Shown here one piece after another: positions 41,001 through 49,173 of a DNA stretch of 64,000 nt. The first letter of the stretch is position 1; each line of letters opens with the position of its first letter. This DNA comes from Myxococcales bacterium (lineage in GTDB: Bacteria; Myxococcota_A; Polyangia; Polyangiales; DASUME01), in assembly GCA_047601445.1 (NCBI GenBank), contig JASGJH010000001.1:544001-608000 (forward strand). The letters are read 5' to 3'. The position numbers and the translations under genes are program-made. The notes beneath the pieces are model-generated. The model ran no database searches. It saw only the letters and a list, made by a program, of their open reading frames with translations, and was not told where the DNA came from.

Positions 41001-41515
41001 CCGGTGGACGCATCGAGTACGAGCCGCGCGCCGTAGGCCGCACCGAAGCACCCGAGACCGTGAGCGCCCTGCTGAAGCAGCGTTTCCGCTGGACCTACGG
41101 CACCTATCAGTGCCTCGTCAAACACAGGAAGGGCTTCTTCAAGGGCACGCTCGGCTGGGTGGGCATGCCGAACATGGTGGTCTTCCAGGTGCTCTTCGCG
41201 GCGCTCAGCCCCATCGGCGACCTCGTCATGCTGCTCTCGCTGTTCCGCGGCGACGCCGGGGCGTTCTTGGCGGGCTATCTGGTGTTCTTGCTGATGGACG
41301 TATGCGGTTCGCTGCTCGCTTTCATGCTCGACGACAAGCCCAAGCGCTGGCTCTGGATGCTCCTCGTTCAGCGCTTCACCTATCGCCAGCTCATGTACTT
41401 CGTGAGCCTCAAGGCGATGATCGCCGCCCTGCGCGGCGCGCGCCACGGGTGGAAGAAGCTCGAGCGCACCGGAAGCGTTGAGCTTGCTCCTGCCAGCACG
41501 CCGCAGGCCGAATAG
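38096..41515 (+). CDS. GH18-like + polysaccharide deacetylase (CE4) + processive GT2 fusion protein
   Basis: DGVNVDVEE, MGYDQH, ALWRLG (GH18); TFDDGP, HTFSH, FRAPY, LLHDGG (NodB); DDGS, DAD, TED, QRFRW (GT2). Start may be GTG 38189 after GGAG. Confidence 0.92.
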   Translation: MTDPVGEARQAPFRTPRGRSDVPGIEAGGAPVIFEDPSRRRWRAAVAGFVLIVSGVLGVIALAAMGVLTPVDLPNIFEKRPSVRARELSRWHDSYVKPVYSAKQMKVLARKRAVEQRRRAKVVQDAADTVLPLPEHAVVAFSVRDDSAAQASLERHIKEIDVVIPDWFSAAGPGCAIEEHIDAPSQRILASTDVLVLPRIANLSGQTWRGESFAAMMRDDVQRGCFVDKLTKRLVDLGADGVNVDVEELAPEDSEPLLELLVDLKNALHARGMRLTVDVAFYDTAYDLEFIGQVADAVFVMGYDQHYPASEPGPVSGRKWFNESVQAALTRVNADRLVVAIGAYCYDWIVAENAPAAESLSFREAMDRARAAGAVPEFERDAENARFGYSDAQQQVHEVWCQDALSAWNQTATLADHGISRVALWRLGTEDETLWSFLGAKQRPAAASVLSTIQQTRSVDLFGEGEVLTIRSEPTPGKRSMEVDGRNRVSYARYEQAPTGFLVERRGSQAKDLVLTFDDGPDPKWTPGVLKALKELEVPGTFFVVGDQAMQYPDLVADIDRAGHLIGNHTFSHPHLDRLTPAETVVELNATARLLEGLTGTRSPLFRAPYTANVDPSRPEDLGPLRVALQNGYVFVGANVDPLDWDSPGPQVIAQRMVEQAEQGGRVVLLHDGGGERADTIAALRIAVPELRKRGYRFVSVDQYMGVARAELVEPLSPKEHALAWGNLSVARARSWGWLLLELLFVGCTILAVVRVIMLGALTLAQARKRETTRREGYEPLVTVLVPAFNEGLVIDRTIDTLLNTGYEKLEILIIDDGSSDDTAEVVEQRSLKDARVRLLRKANGGKAHAANAGLAVANGEIVVAVDADTLILPGAIERLVAHFGDPEVTAVCGNVEVGNVNSWLTRFQAIEYVTSQNFDRRAFALLNSISVVPGALGAWRRDAVLKVGGYSSDTLTEDADLTLTMLRAGGRIEYEPRAVGRTEAPETVSALLKQRFRWTYGTYQCLVKHRKGFFKGTLGWVGMPNMVVFQVLFAALSPIGDLVMLLSLFRGDAGAFLAGYLVFLLMDVCGSLLAFMLDDKPKRWLWMLLVQRFTYRQLMYFVSLKAMIAALRGARHGWKKLERTGSVELAPASTPQAE

Positions 41516-41521
41516 AAGAAA

Positions 41522-41683
41522 CGGCCATCGGCCATCAGCTCTCGGCGAGCCGCCACCAGCGAGCCGCCATGAGCCATCGGCGAGCTGCCATGAGCCCGCG
41601 CGCGGCTTGCCGCATGCTGCTTGCTGGCCGTCCGCTGAGCGCTGATGGCGGCCTGCGGATGGCCGCTTACCGCTTACCGCTTA
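41522..41683. repeat. Heptamer-periodic palindromic intergenic element
   Basis: GGCCATC x2, GCGAGCyGCCA x3, CCGCTTA x3; inverted pairs GCCATCAGC/GCTGATGGC and CGGCCATC/GATGGCCG; lies between convergent genes. Confidence 0.65.
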
Positions 41684-42259
41684 CCGACTCGCGTGCACCA
41701 CGATGATTTCGCGCAGGCGCTTGGAGTCGGACGCGTGCTCGACCTCCACGCGGTACATGCCGGGCTTCTCGACATGGACTTCGAGAGGCGGCGCTTCGGC
41801 AGTGGTCGGGTGCAAGAACTCGTACACGCAGCCTGCGCTGTGGCAGCTCGGCTCCGCCGTGTGCAGCACCTGGCTCGTAGGACTGACCTTGAGGCCGTGG
41901 GGTAGGTCCATGCGCACGGAGGCGAACTCGGCGTCGTGTTGGTCCAGCGAAAGGATCAGCGGCAACGCTGCGTGCCCTTCATCCGGCAGTTCAATCCGGT
42001 GCTCCACGAACGGCTCCTCACCGCCGGTGGGATCGAGCAGCACGAGGTGAGCCGCGATGGCCATGGAAGCCAAGGCGGGCAGGCTCAATCGAAGGTGACT
42101 GAACTTGGTGGAGCGCTTGCGCCGGCGCTCCTGGGCCGCGGCGTTCTCCTGCCTCTCCGCGTCCACCAGCGCTCGCAGCAAGCGGGCCTCGAGCTCCGGC
42201 GTGGGCTCCACCAATCGCACGTTCTTGAGTGCTCTGCGCAAGGGATCGTTGGACTTCAT
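41681..42259 (-). CDS. Putative membrane-anchored anti-sigma factor
   Basis: Coupled to the ECF sigma (ATGA); N-terminal helical domain (EPTPELEARLLRAL), basic patch, one TM, beta-rich C-terminal domain with a Cys pair. Confidence 0.7.
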   Translation of the reverse strand: MKSNDPLRRALKNVRLVEPTPELEARLLRALVDAERQENAAAQERRRKRSTKFSHLRLSLPALASMAIAAHLVLLDPTGGEEPFVEHRIELPDEGHAALPLILSLDQHDAEFASVRMDLPHGLKVSPTSQVLHTAEPSCHSAGCVYEFLHPTTAEAPPLEVHVEKPGMYRVEVEHASDSKRLREIIVVHASR

Positions 42260-42975
42260 GTCGCACCTGCATCGTCGGTGTTGGGCCGAGTCGACGTGGC
42301 GCAGACAGCGACCGCCTCGGGGGCGGCGCCTACCATGGCAGCCCTCAGTCGGGCGTGGCCACGCGCGTGACGACTCTTGACCGTGCCTAGTGGCAAAGAC
42401 AGGGCTTCACTGACTTCCTGATAGCTAAGCTCTTCGATGTCGCACAGCCAGACCACCGTGCGGTAGGGCTCCGGCAGCGCGCGCACGGTGCGCAACACGG
42501 ACTCGGTGTCGCGCAGCATCTCGAGGGAGTGCTCCGGGGTCGGTAGAGGATTGGGGCCGTTCTCGTTGCCGAACCAATCTTCGAACAGTGTCCCGAAGCG
42601 TTCCAACGCCTCACGCACCAGCCCGCGGCGGCGCGCTGTGTGGCGCACGGAGTCCATGTGCTCGTTGCGGACGATGCCGTAGAGCCAGCCGAGGAGGGGC
42701 GCTTCGGCGCGGTAGCTCGAGCGGTGCTGGTACGCTTTGACCAACGCGTTCTGGAGCAGGTCCTCGGCCGCTTCGGGGCTGTCGGCCAGGGTACGGCACA
42801 ACCTCAGAAGCGGCGGAAACAATGGACGCACGGCCCGCGCGAAATCTTCGCGTGACCATGCTTCGCAGGCTGACCCGAGATCGCGTACCGCTTCTTCTTG
42901 GGTCTCAACCGGTAGGAGACGCACGGCGCTGATCATACGGAGCCAAACCCCTGGTTGCCACGTGAAGTCACGCAT
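42256..42975 (-). CDS. ECF RNA polymerase sigma factor
   Basis: AEDLLQNALVKAY, WLYGIVRN (region 2); LPEPYRTV...LSYQEVSEALSLPLGTVKSRHARG (region 4). Start probably ATG 42975 rather than 42990. Confidence 0.92.
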   Translation of the reverse strand: MRDFTWQPGVWLRMISAVRLLPVETQEEAVRDLGSACEAWSREDFARAVRPLFPPLLRLCRTLADSPEAAEDLLQNALVKAYQHRSSYRAEAPLLGWLYGIVRNEHMDSVRHTARRRGLVREALERFGTLFEDWFGNENGPNPLPTPEHSLEMLRDTESVLRTVRALPEPYRTVVWLCDIEELSYQEVSEALSLPLGTVKSRHARGHARLRAAMVGAAPEAVAVCATSTRPNTDDAGAT

Positions 42976-42980
42976 CTGGA

Positions 42981-43008
42981 AAGACGCCATGAACGACCGG
43001 CCGGTTCC
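42981..43008 (-). promoter_or_regulatory. ECF-type autoregulatory promoter
   Basis: Minus strand GGAACC-N16-CGTCTT, a few nt before in-frame ATG 42975. Confidence 0.6.
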
Positions 43009-43075
43009 CCGCCCTGAAGCGGACCGGCAATGACCAGGAAAGTCCTTGAGAATTCAGCGGATTGGCGGAGACCGT

Positions 43076-45289
43076 TCAGTCTTCGACCACGCGTGCGAGG
43101 GCGCGCGTGTGAGATTCCGCCAACACTTGGACTGGAACGTCGAGCACATCCTCGATCTCGAGGGTGTCTCCACCCACGAAGCCGAGCAGGCTGAAGGGGA
43201 CCCCGAGTGTTTCGCAGCGCTCCTGGACCTTGGCCCGTTGCTCGGGAGCGAAGCTTACTACCACCCTGGAGGGTTCCTCGTGGAACAACTTGGGGAGCGG
43301 GTCGGTCCCGCCCGCCGCGGGCAGCTCCACGGAGCAGCCGATGCGCCCCGCGATGCAGCACTCGGCCAGCGCCACACCCAGGCCGCCGTCGCTCACGTCG
43401 TGGGCGCTCGACAGGAGGCGATCGCGCGCCAGGTCCAGCACGGCGCGCTGCAACTTCACTTCGGCTGCCAGGTCCAGCGTCAGGGCCTGCCCGCGCAGCT
43501 CCCCCGTGCGCGAGACCAGGAACTCGGAGCCCGCGAGGTTCCCGCCCCCGGGGACGCCGAGCAGCGCGACCATATCGGCCTGACGCACGAAGCCGATGCC
43601 CATGCGGTCGCTGGCATCACGCAGCTGACCGACCACGGCCACCGTAGGCGTGCCGGGCGCGGACCCTTCACGCAGCGCCACCGAGCTCTGCACCACGGGC
43701 AGCTTGAGTGCCAGACAGGCGTCGCGGACCCCATCGACCATCTCGGACAGGCGCCAGTTGGTCTCGGGCTGATCGGCGTGACCCAAGCTCAAGCCCACGG
43801 CGATGCCGAGCGCTTCGGCGCCCACGCACACCACGTTGCGGGCGCACTCGGCCACTGCCATCGCCGCACCCTGGCGCGGATCGAGCTGGGCGTGCCGGCC
43901 GTGGCCGTCCACGGAGAGCGCGATCCACTTCTCCTTGGTGTTCTCGTCCTCGGAGGAGAAGCGCAGCAGGGCGGCGTCGCCGACGGCGTTGCGGCCGCCA
44001 CCCGTGCGCGCACTGCTGTCGAGACGACGCATGAGCCATTCGCGGCTCCCGACGTTGACCGACCCGAGCAAGCGCACGAGTTCGCTCTCTGCGTCCTCGT
44101 TGCGTTTGAGCGCCAGGGCAGGCGTCGTGGGGTCGAGCTGAGCCGCCTTGACGGGGCGCTCGTAGGAAGGCGCGTCCTGTACCAGCAGGGACACTGGCAG
44201 GTCCGCCACCACCACCTGCTTGGCCTCCGAGGTGCTCTTGCTCGCGCTCTCGTCGGGGCTCGCCTTGCACACCACGCGGCCCGTGTTCGTCACGCGTCCG
44301 ATCACCCGGGCGGGGACTTCGTGGCGCTGGAAGACCTCGAGCACCGCGTCCTCGCGTCCCTTGCGCACCACCAACAGCAAGGCCTCGGCAGGTGCGCACA
44401 GTGCCTGGAACGGCGAAGGACGCTCGGTCCCCCGCGGCAGCGCGTCGAGGTCGATTTCGACGCCCGTCTCACCGCGCGCGGCCAGGCGCACGATGGCGCC
44501 GGCCAAGCCCGAGACGCCGATGCCCGCAGCACCCTCGATGGAGCCGAGCTTGAGGGCCGCCAGGCAGCTCTCGTTGAGTCGCTTGTGGATGTCTTCGGCG
44601 GCCTGAGCGCCGAGCACACCTGCATAGAGTAGGGTGTTGCCGAGCCCGGTGGCTCGCCCCTCGGCCAGCGCTTCGCTGCGCGCTACCCCGAGACCGATTC
44701 CCTGCACCAACTGCAAGGCCTCGTAGCGGCTGTCGAATCCGAGATCGCCGCCCGCGATGCCGACGGCCATGCTCTTGCTCAGGCCGGCCAATCGCTGCGC
44801 CAGTTCCTTGAGCTGATCGGCGGTCTGCACTTCGCCAGGGGTGCCCAATCGCAGCGCGTCGAAGAGCGCGAGCGGCTCGGCGCCGGTGGCGACCACATCG
44901 CGCATGGCGCTGCCGAGACACATGGCTGCCGCGGCCCCGAGATCACTCAGCTCTTGCTTGGGCTCTGCCCATGCCAGCGAGAACACGGCGCATTGCCCGT
45001 CGCCGAGATCGAGCGCTGCTGCGCCGCCGAGACTGCTGCTGCGCACGACGTGAGCACCAGAGGTCGGCAGGCGTCGCGTATGGACCCGCGAAGACTTCTG
45101 TGACTCGCGCTCTGACCAGAGCACCGAGAGCACGCCCAGCTCGGCGTGAGTAAGGTTGCGGGCCAACTCCTTGACGGCGCGTGAGAGCTCCGTTTCAGAC
45201 AGGCCGAGCGTGCGAGCGAGCTCCGCTGTGACTTCCGGATCCCCTGGAAAAGGAACCACTTTTGTATCTGTCTTCTTCGCTGTGGCCAT
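43076..45289 (-). CDS. PurL (small FGAM synthase) paralog lacking catalytic motifs
   Basis: Colinear with small PurL over 737 aa (GLSETE..ELGVLSVLWSE, GDAALLR, AVAECARNV, SAHDVSDGGL, LFHEEPSR), but the SEHC, ESHNHP, DMGAAG and ESQER motifs are replaced. Confidence 0.85.
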   Translation of the reverse strand: MATAKKTDTKVVPFPGDPEVTAELARTLGLSETELSRAVKELARNLTHAELGVLSVLWSERESQKSSRVHTRRLPTSGAHVVRSSSLGGAAALDLGDGQCAVFSLAWAEPKQELSDLGAAAAMCLGSAMRDVVATGAEPLALFDALRLGTPGEVQTADQLKELAQRLAGLSKSMAVGIAGGDLGFDSRYEALQLVQGIGLGVARSEALAEGRATGLGNTLLYAGVLGAQAAEDIHKRLNESCLAALKLGSIEGAAGIGVSGLAGAIVRLAARGETGVEIDLDALPRGTERPSPFQALCAPAEALLLVVRKGREDAVLEVFQRHEVPARVIGRVTNTGRVVCKASPDESASKSTSEAKQVVVADLPVSLLVQDAPSYERPVKAAQLDPTTPALALKRNEDAESELVRLLGSVNVGSREWLMRRLDSSARTGGGRNAVGDAALLRFSSEDENTKEKWIALSVDGHGRHAQLDPRQGAAMAVAECARNVVCVGAEALGIAVGLSLGHADQPETNWRLSEMVDGVRDACLALKLPVVQSSVALREGSAPGTPTVAVVGQLRDASDRMGIGFVRQADMVALLGVPGGGNLAGSEFLVSRTGELRGQALTLDLAAEVKLQRAVLDLARDRLLSSAHDVSDGGLGVALAECCIAGRIGCSVELPAAGGTDPLPKLFHEEPSRVVVSFAPEQRAKVQERCETLGVPFSLLGFVGGDTLEIEDVLDVPVQVLAESHTRALARVVED

Positions 45290-45360
45290 GCTGGGCGGCG
45301 AACCTTAGCCCGCGCGGTTGGTGCGGGCCAGGTGTCGCCGACTTGCCGCACAGCCCTGAC

Positions 45361-45981
45361 TCACCCGGGCGTACCCGAGTCGAGAAGCGAAAGTAGCTCC
45401 GAGGTGGCGAGGGCAGGGTCCGCCGCGGACAGCACTTCGCGCACCACAGCTATGCCGCGTGCCCCTGATTGGCGTAGTTCGGCCACGTCCGCGGCGCGCA
45501 CTCCCCCCAGGGCGTACACAGGCAGTCGTACGGCCGCGATCGTGCGTGCGAACCCGGCGATTCCGAGCGGGGGCCCCTTGGCCGCCACCTCGTGGACCGG
45601 TGACAGGGTGGCGTAGTCGGCGCCCTGGCGGGCGGCCTCGAAGAGCCCCTTGAGGTCATGGCGCGAGACCCCGACCCAGCGTTGGGAGCCCAAAAGTTTG
45701 CGCGCCACCTCGATCGGCAGTCCCGCCTCGGGGAGCTGTACGCCGTCGGCTTCCACGGCCAGCGCGATGTCGACCCGATCGTTGATGAGCAGGGTGCTCT
45801 CGCGGGCCCGGGTGAGGGCGCGCAGCTCCAGGGCGACCCCCAAGATCTCACGGGTGGTGCTCTGGCGCGTTCGGAGCTGGACGGCCACGCGGCGGGGGGG
45901 CACGGCGGACAGGGCCCGCGTCAGGCGACCCACCAGGTCCGGCCCCTCGTCGGTGATCAGAATCAGGTCAAAGGACGGCAT
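45361..45981 (-). CDS. thiE: Thiamine phosphate synthase (ThiE/TenI family)
   Basis: VQLR, LLINDRVDIA, ADGVQL, GVSRH, GADYATLSPV, PVYALGGV, GIAVV. Confidence 0.85.
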   Translation of the reverse strand: MPSFDLILITDEGPDLVGRLTRALSAVPPRRVAVQLRTRQSTTREILGVALELRALTRARESTLLINDRVDIALAVEADGVQLPEAGLPIEVARKLLGSQRWVGVSRHDLKGLFEAARQGADYATLSPVHEVAAKGPPLGIAGFARTIAAVRLPVYALGGVRAADVAELRQSGARGIAVVREVLSAADPALATSELLSLLDSGTPG

Positions 45982-45996
45982 GGGCGCGCCCTCTCC

Positions 45997-46317
45997 TCAT
46001 TCGTCGACGTCGGTGTCCTCGCCGGCTTCGGCGCGTTCGGGGGCGCTCTTTTCGAGCTTGTCGAGCTCCTTCTCGTCGAGCTCGGGCAGGCCAAGTTCGG
46101 AGCGTGCCCGCTGTGCATAGCGCGAGCCAGGGTACTGCTCGACGATCTGTCGCAACGTGGTTTCGCGTGCTTTGTCATCGCCTTCCTTCTGGAACCGCTC
46201 TGACAGAATCCAAAGTGCCTTGGGGGCCGTGTCCTCGAGGGGGCGCTCGTTTTTGCTCGTCGCGCACTGATACGGGGCCAAAAGCGCCGCGCACAAGGCA
46301 AGTACCGCAGACTTCAT
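45997..46317 (-). CDS. Small lipoprotein-like protein with single TPR-like hairpin
   Basis: Hydrophobic N-terminus ending [22 protein letters not shown] resembles YbgF/BamD-type TPR; ATGA-coupled to thiG. Confidence 0.7.
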   Translation of the reverse strand: MKSAVLALCAALLAPYQCATSKNERPLEDTAPKALWILSERFQKEGDDKARETTLRQIVEQYPGSRYAQRARSELGLPELDEKELDKLEKSAPERAEAGEDTDVDE

Positions 46318-47099
46318 GCTCTCTCCGATCCAATCACGCCTTCGAGCGGGCTCGACGCCGTGGCGTACAGCTTCTTGGGGATGCGCCCCGAAAGGTAGGC
46401 CAGCCTACCTGCCTCCACGGCCAAGCGCATCGCGCGCGCCATGCGCACCGGATCCTTGGCGCCAGCGATGGCGGTGTTCATCAGCACGCCATGGCAACCG
46501 AGCTCCATGGCGATGGCGGCGTCGGAGGCGGTGCCCACGCCGGCGTCGACGATGACCGGGACCTTCGACTGCTTGAGGATGATCTCGATGTTGTAGGGAT
46601 TGCGGATGCCGAGGCCCGAGCCGATGGGGGCGGCCAGCGGCATGACCGCGGCGCAGCCGATGTCCTCGAGCTTCTTGCAGGTGATGGGATCGTCGTTGGT
46701 GTAGGGCAGCACGGTGAAGCCCTCCTTGACCAACACGCGCGCGGCCTCGAGCGTCTGCTCGACGTCCGGGAACAGCGTGGCCGGATCGCCCAGCACCTCG
46801 AGCTTGACCAGGCTGCTCATGCCGGCCTCGCGGGCCAGCCGGCACGTACGCACCGCGTCGCTGGCGGTGTAGCAGTGGGCGGTGTTCGGAAGCAGCGTGA
46901 ACTTGCGCTCCCGCAGATACTCGAAAAGGGCTTGATCCTGAGGCTTGGAGAGATCCACGCGCCGTACGGCGACCGTGACTACCTGGGCGCCGGAGGCGTC
47001 GAGTGCCGCCTTGGTCTCCTCGAGATCCTTGTACTTGCCCGTGCCCACGAAGAGACGGGATTCGAACGTATGCGGACCAATAGTGAGCACGTCTTGCAT
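46314..47099 (-). CDS. thiG: Thiazole synthase
   Basis: [50 protein letters not shown]. Confidence 0.97.
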   Translation of the reverse strand: MQDVLTIGPHTFESRLFVGTGKYKDLEETKAALDASGAQVVTVAVRRVDLSKPQDQALFEYLRERKFTLLPNTAHCYTASDAVRTCRLAREAGMSSLVKLEVLGDPATLFPDVEQTLEAARVLVKEGFTVLPYTNDDPITCKKLEDIGCAAVMPLAAPIGSGLGIRNPYNIEIILKQSKVPVIVDAGVGTASDAAIAMELGCHGVLMNTAIAGAKDPVRMARAMRLAVEAGRLAYLSGRIPKKLYATASSPLEGVIGSERA

Positions 47100-47126
47100 G
47101 GGCTTTGGTACCTGGGTTGCCGGGGT

Positions 47127-47327
47127 TCAGCCGCCGCCCACGAACTGGACGACTTCGAGCTTGTCGCCCTCGAGGAGGCAGGTAGAGGCGTGTTGTGCGC
47201 GCGGGACGATGTCGGCGTTGCGCTCGACTGCCACGGGGCGCTCGCCGAGTCCCAGTGTCTCGAGCAATACGCCGATGGTGAGGCCTTCCTGCACCTCGCG
47301 CGGCTCGCCGTTGATCTCGATGCGCAT
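47127..47327 (-). CDS. thiS: Sulfur carrier protein ThiS
   Basis: MRIEINGE...[12 protein letters not shown]...[10 protein letters not shown]-terminal GG. Confidence 0.95.
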   Translation of the reverse strand: MRIEINGEPREVQEGLTIGVLLETLGLGERPVAVERNADIVPRAQHASTCLLEGDKLEVVQFVGGG

Positions 47328-47414
47328 GCGGGCGAGCCTAGCAGCGGCCCCGGGTTTCACCAACGCGCACGAAGAGACCGCGCAGCCCCCTTCCCATGAC
47401 CCGTAGCCAGCCCA

Positions 47415-47500
47415 GCGTGAGCGAAGCGAACCTCGCGGCGGGGTGGGTCCCATCGCGGCTTTGCCGCGGTGGGCGGGGAGGTCGCGTGACCTCCCCGCGC
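47415..47500. repeat. REP-like double hairpin in the thiS/mlaE divergent region
   Basis: GAGCGAAGCGAA leader; hairpin CCATCGCGGC-TTT-GCCGCGGTGG; perfect 11-bp hairpin GCGGGGAGGTC-GCGT-GACCTCCCCGC. Confidence 0.6.
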
Positions 47501-47522
47501 CAAAAAATGGTATCACTCGCGC

Positions 47523-48356
47523 GTGCCCAGTCAGGCAGACCCCGCGCTGAACGAGCGCCCCAAGCTGTTGGCGATCCTCCAGGAGATGGCGCTGCTCTTG
47601 ATCCGTCCGTTCGTGGCGGTGCTGGCCGAGATCGGGCTCACTGTGCGGCTGTTGAGCGCCACCTTGTTCTGGGGGGTGCGGCGCCCCTATCGCTTCAACC
47701 TGTTCCTCGAGGCGATGGAGTTCGTCGGCGTTCAGTCGGTGTTCATCGTGGGCCTCACGGGCCTGTTCATCGGCATGGTGTTCGGCATTCAGCTGGTAGA
47801 CGGGTTCCGCGACTTCGGCGCAGAGAACCAGACGGGTGCGGTGGTCGGCATGGCCCTGGCGCGCGAGCTCTCGCCGGTGTTTACGGCGCTCATGGTGTCG
47901 AGCCGCGCGGGCAGCGCCATGAGCACGGAGCTGGGCTCGATGCGGGTGTCGGACCAGATTGACGCGCTCACCACGATGGCGGTGAACCCGGTGCAGTACC
48001 TGGTGGTGCCGCGGGTGCTGGCGGGCTTTCTGATGGTGCCGCTGCTCACCATGTTGTTCAACATGGTCGGCATCTTCGGGGCTTGGCTGGTGTGCGTGCA
48101 GATCCTGGGCCTCGACAGCGGCATCTTCGTCGACAAGGTCCGCTGGTTCGTGGACGCGTCGGATCTGCGTCAGGGGCTCGTGAAGGCCTTCGCCTTCGGT
48201 CTCACTATCTCACTGATCGCCTGTCGTCACGGCTTCTATGCCAAGGGCGGCGCGGCGGGAGTGGGGCAGGCCACCACGGCGGCCGTGGTGCAGAGCGCGG
48301 TCTCGATCCTGGCGCTCGACTACGTCATCACCTCGGTGATCACCGGCGGCTTTTGA
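47523..48356 (+). CDS. mlaE: MlaE-family ABC permease
   Basis: [53 protein letters not shown]. Confidence 0.92.
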   Translation: MPSQADPALNERPKLLAILQEMALLLIRPFVAVLAEIGLTVRLLSATLFWGVRRPYRFNLFLEAMEFVGVQSVFIVGLTGLFIGMVFGIQLVDGFRDFGAENQTGAVVGMALARELSPVFTALMVSSRAGSAMSTELGSMRVSDQIDALTTMAVNPVQYLVVPRVLAGFLMVPLLTMLFNMVGIFGAWLVCVQILGLDSGIFVDKVRWFVDASDLRQGLVKAFAFGLTISLIACRHGFYAKGGAAGVGQATTAAVVQSAVSILALDYVITSVITGGF

Positions 48357-49150
48357 TGGCGGCCGTCGGCCCGAACGGGCGCAACCAGGCCCAGGCGAGC
48401 TCCGATCCGGTGCACGTGCGGGTGGTGGACCTGGTGAAGTCCTACGCGGGCACGCCCATCCTCAAGGGCGTCACCTTCGACCTATTCCGCGGCGTGACCA
48501 ACGTGATTATCGGGGCCAGCGGCTCAGGCAAAACAGTGTTCCTGCGGCAGCTCATCCGCCTGGAACGCCCGGACTCGGGGCGCATCGAGGTGGACGGCGT
48601 GGACATCGTGCCGCTGGGGGAGCTCGAGCTGGCTCCGTTCCGCCGGAAGTTCGGCATGGTGTTTCAGATGTCGGCGCTGTTCGACTCCATGAACGTGTTC
48701 GACAACGTGGCCTTTCCGCTGCGCGAGCACACGAAGCTTTCGCGCAAAGACATCCAGACCAAGGTCGAGGAGAGCCTCAGCGCCCTCGGCATTGCGCACG
48801 CCATTTACAAGCAGCCCTCGGAAATCTCGGGCGGCATGAAAAAGCGCGTGGCCGTGGCGCGCGCGCTGGTGATGGAACCCGAGATCCTGATTTACGACGA
48901 GCCCACCACGGGTCTGGACCCGATCACCTCGCGCACGGTGGACGAGCTAATCGAGACCACGCGGGAACGCTTCGGCATCACCTCGGTGGTCATCAGTCAC
49001 GACATGGAGAGCGTGTTCAGCATCGGGCACCGCGTGACCCTGCTGTACAAGGGCCGTATGGAAGTCAGCGTGTCGCGCGACGAGCTGATTCACAGCGACA
49101 ACGTGCACGTGAAGGAGTTCCTCGAAGCGAGCGGCGTGCGGATGCCGTGA
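48356..49150 (+). CDS. mlaF: MlaF-family ABC ATP-binding protein
   Basis: GASGSGKT, FQMSALFDSMNVFDNVAFPLRE, ISGGMKKRV, YDEPTTGLDP, SHD. Confidence 0.92.
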   Translation: MAAVGPNGRNQAQASSDPVHVRVVDLVKSYAGTPILKGVTFDLFRGVTNVIIGASGSGKTVFLRQLIRLERPDSGRIEVDGVDIVPLGELELAPFRRKFGMVFQMSALFDSMNVFDNVAFPLREHTKLSRKDIQTKVEESLSALGIAHAIYKQPSEISGGMKKRVAVARALVMEPEILIYDEPTTGLDPITSRTVDELIETTRERFGITSVVISHDMESVFSIGHRVTLLYKGRMEVSVSRDELIHSDNVHVKEFLEASGVRMP

Positions 49151-49173
49151 GGGTGTCGTGGCTGGGTGGCAGT

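Noticed and set aside
41520..41683. CRISPR array
   Set aside because: Units are 7-11 nt with no unique spacers, and no cas genes are in the window.
47328..47522. TPP riboswitch upstream of thiS
   Set aside because: Conserved CTGAGA and ACCTGA..TAA elements not found on the minus strand.
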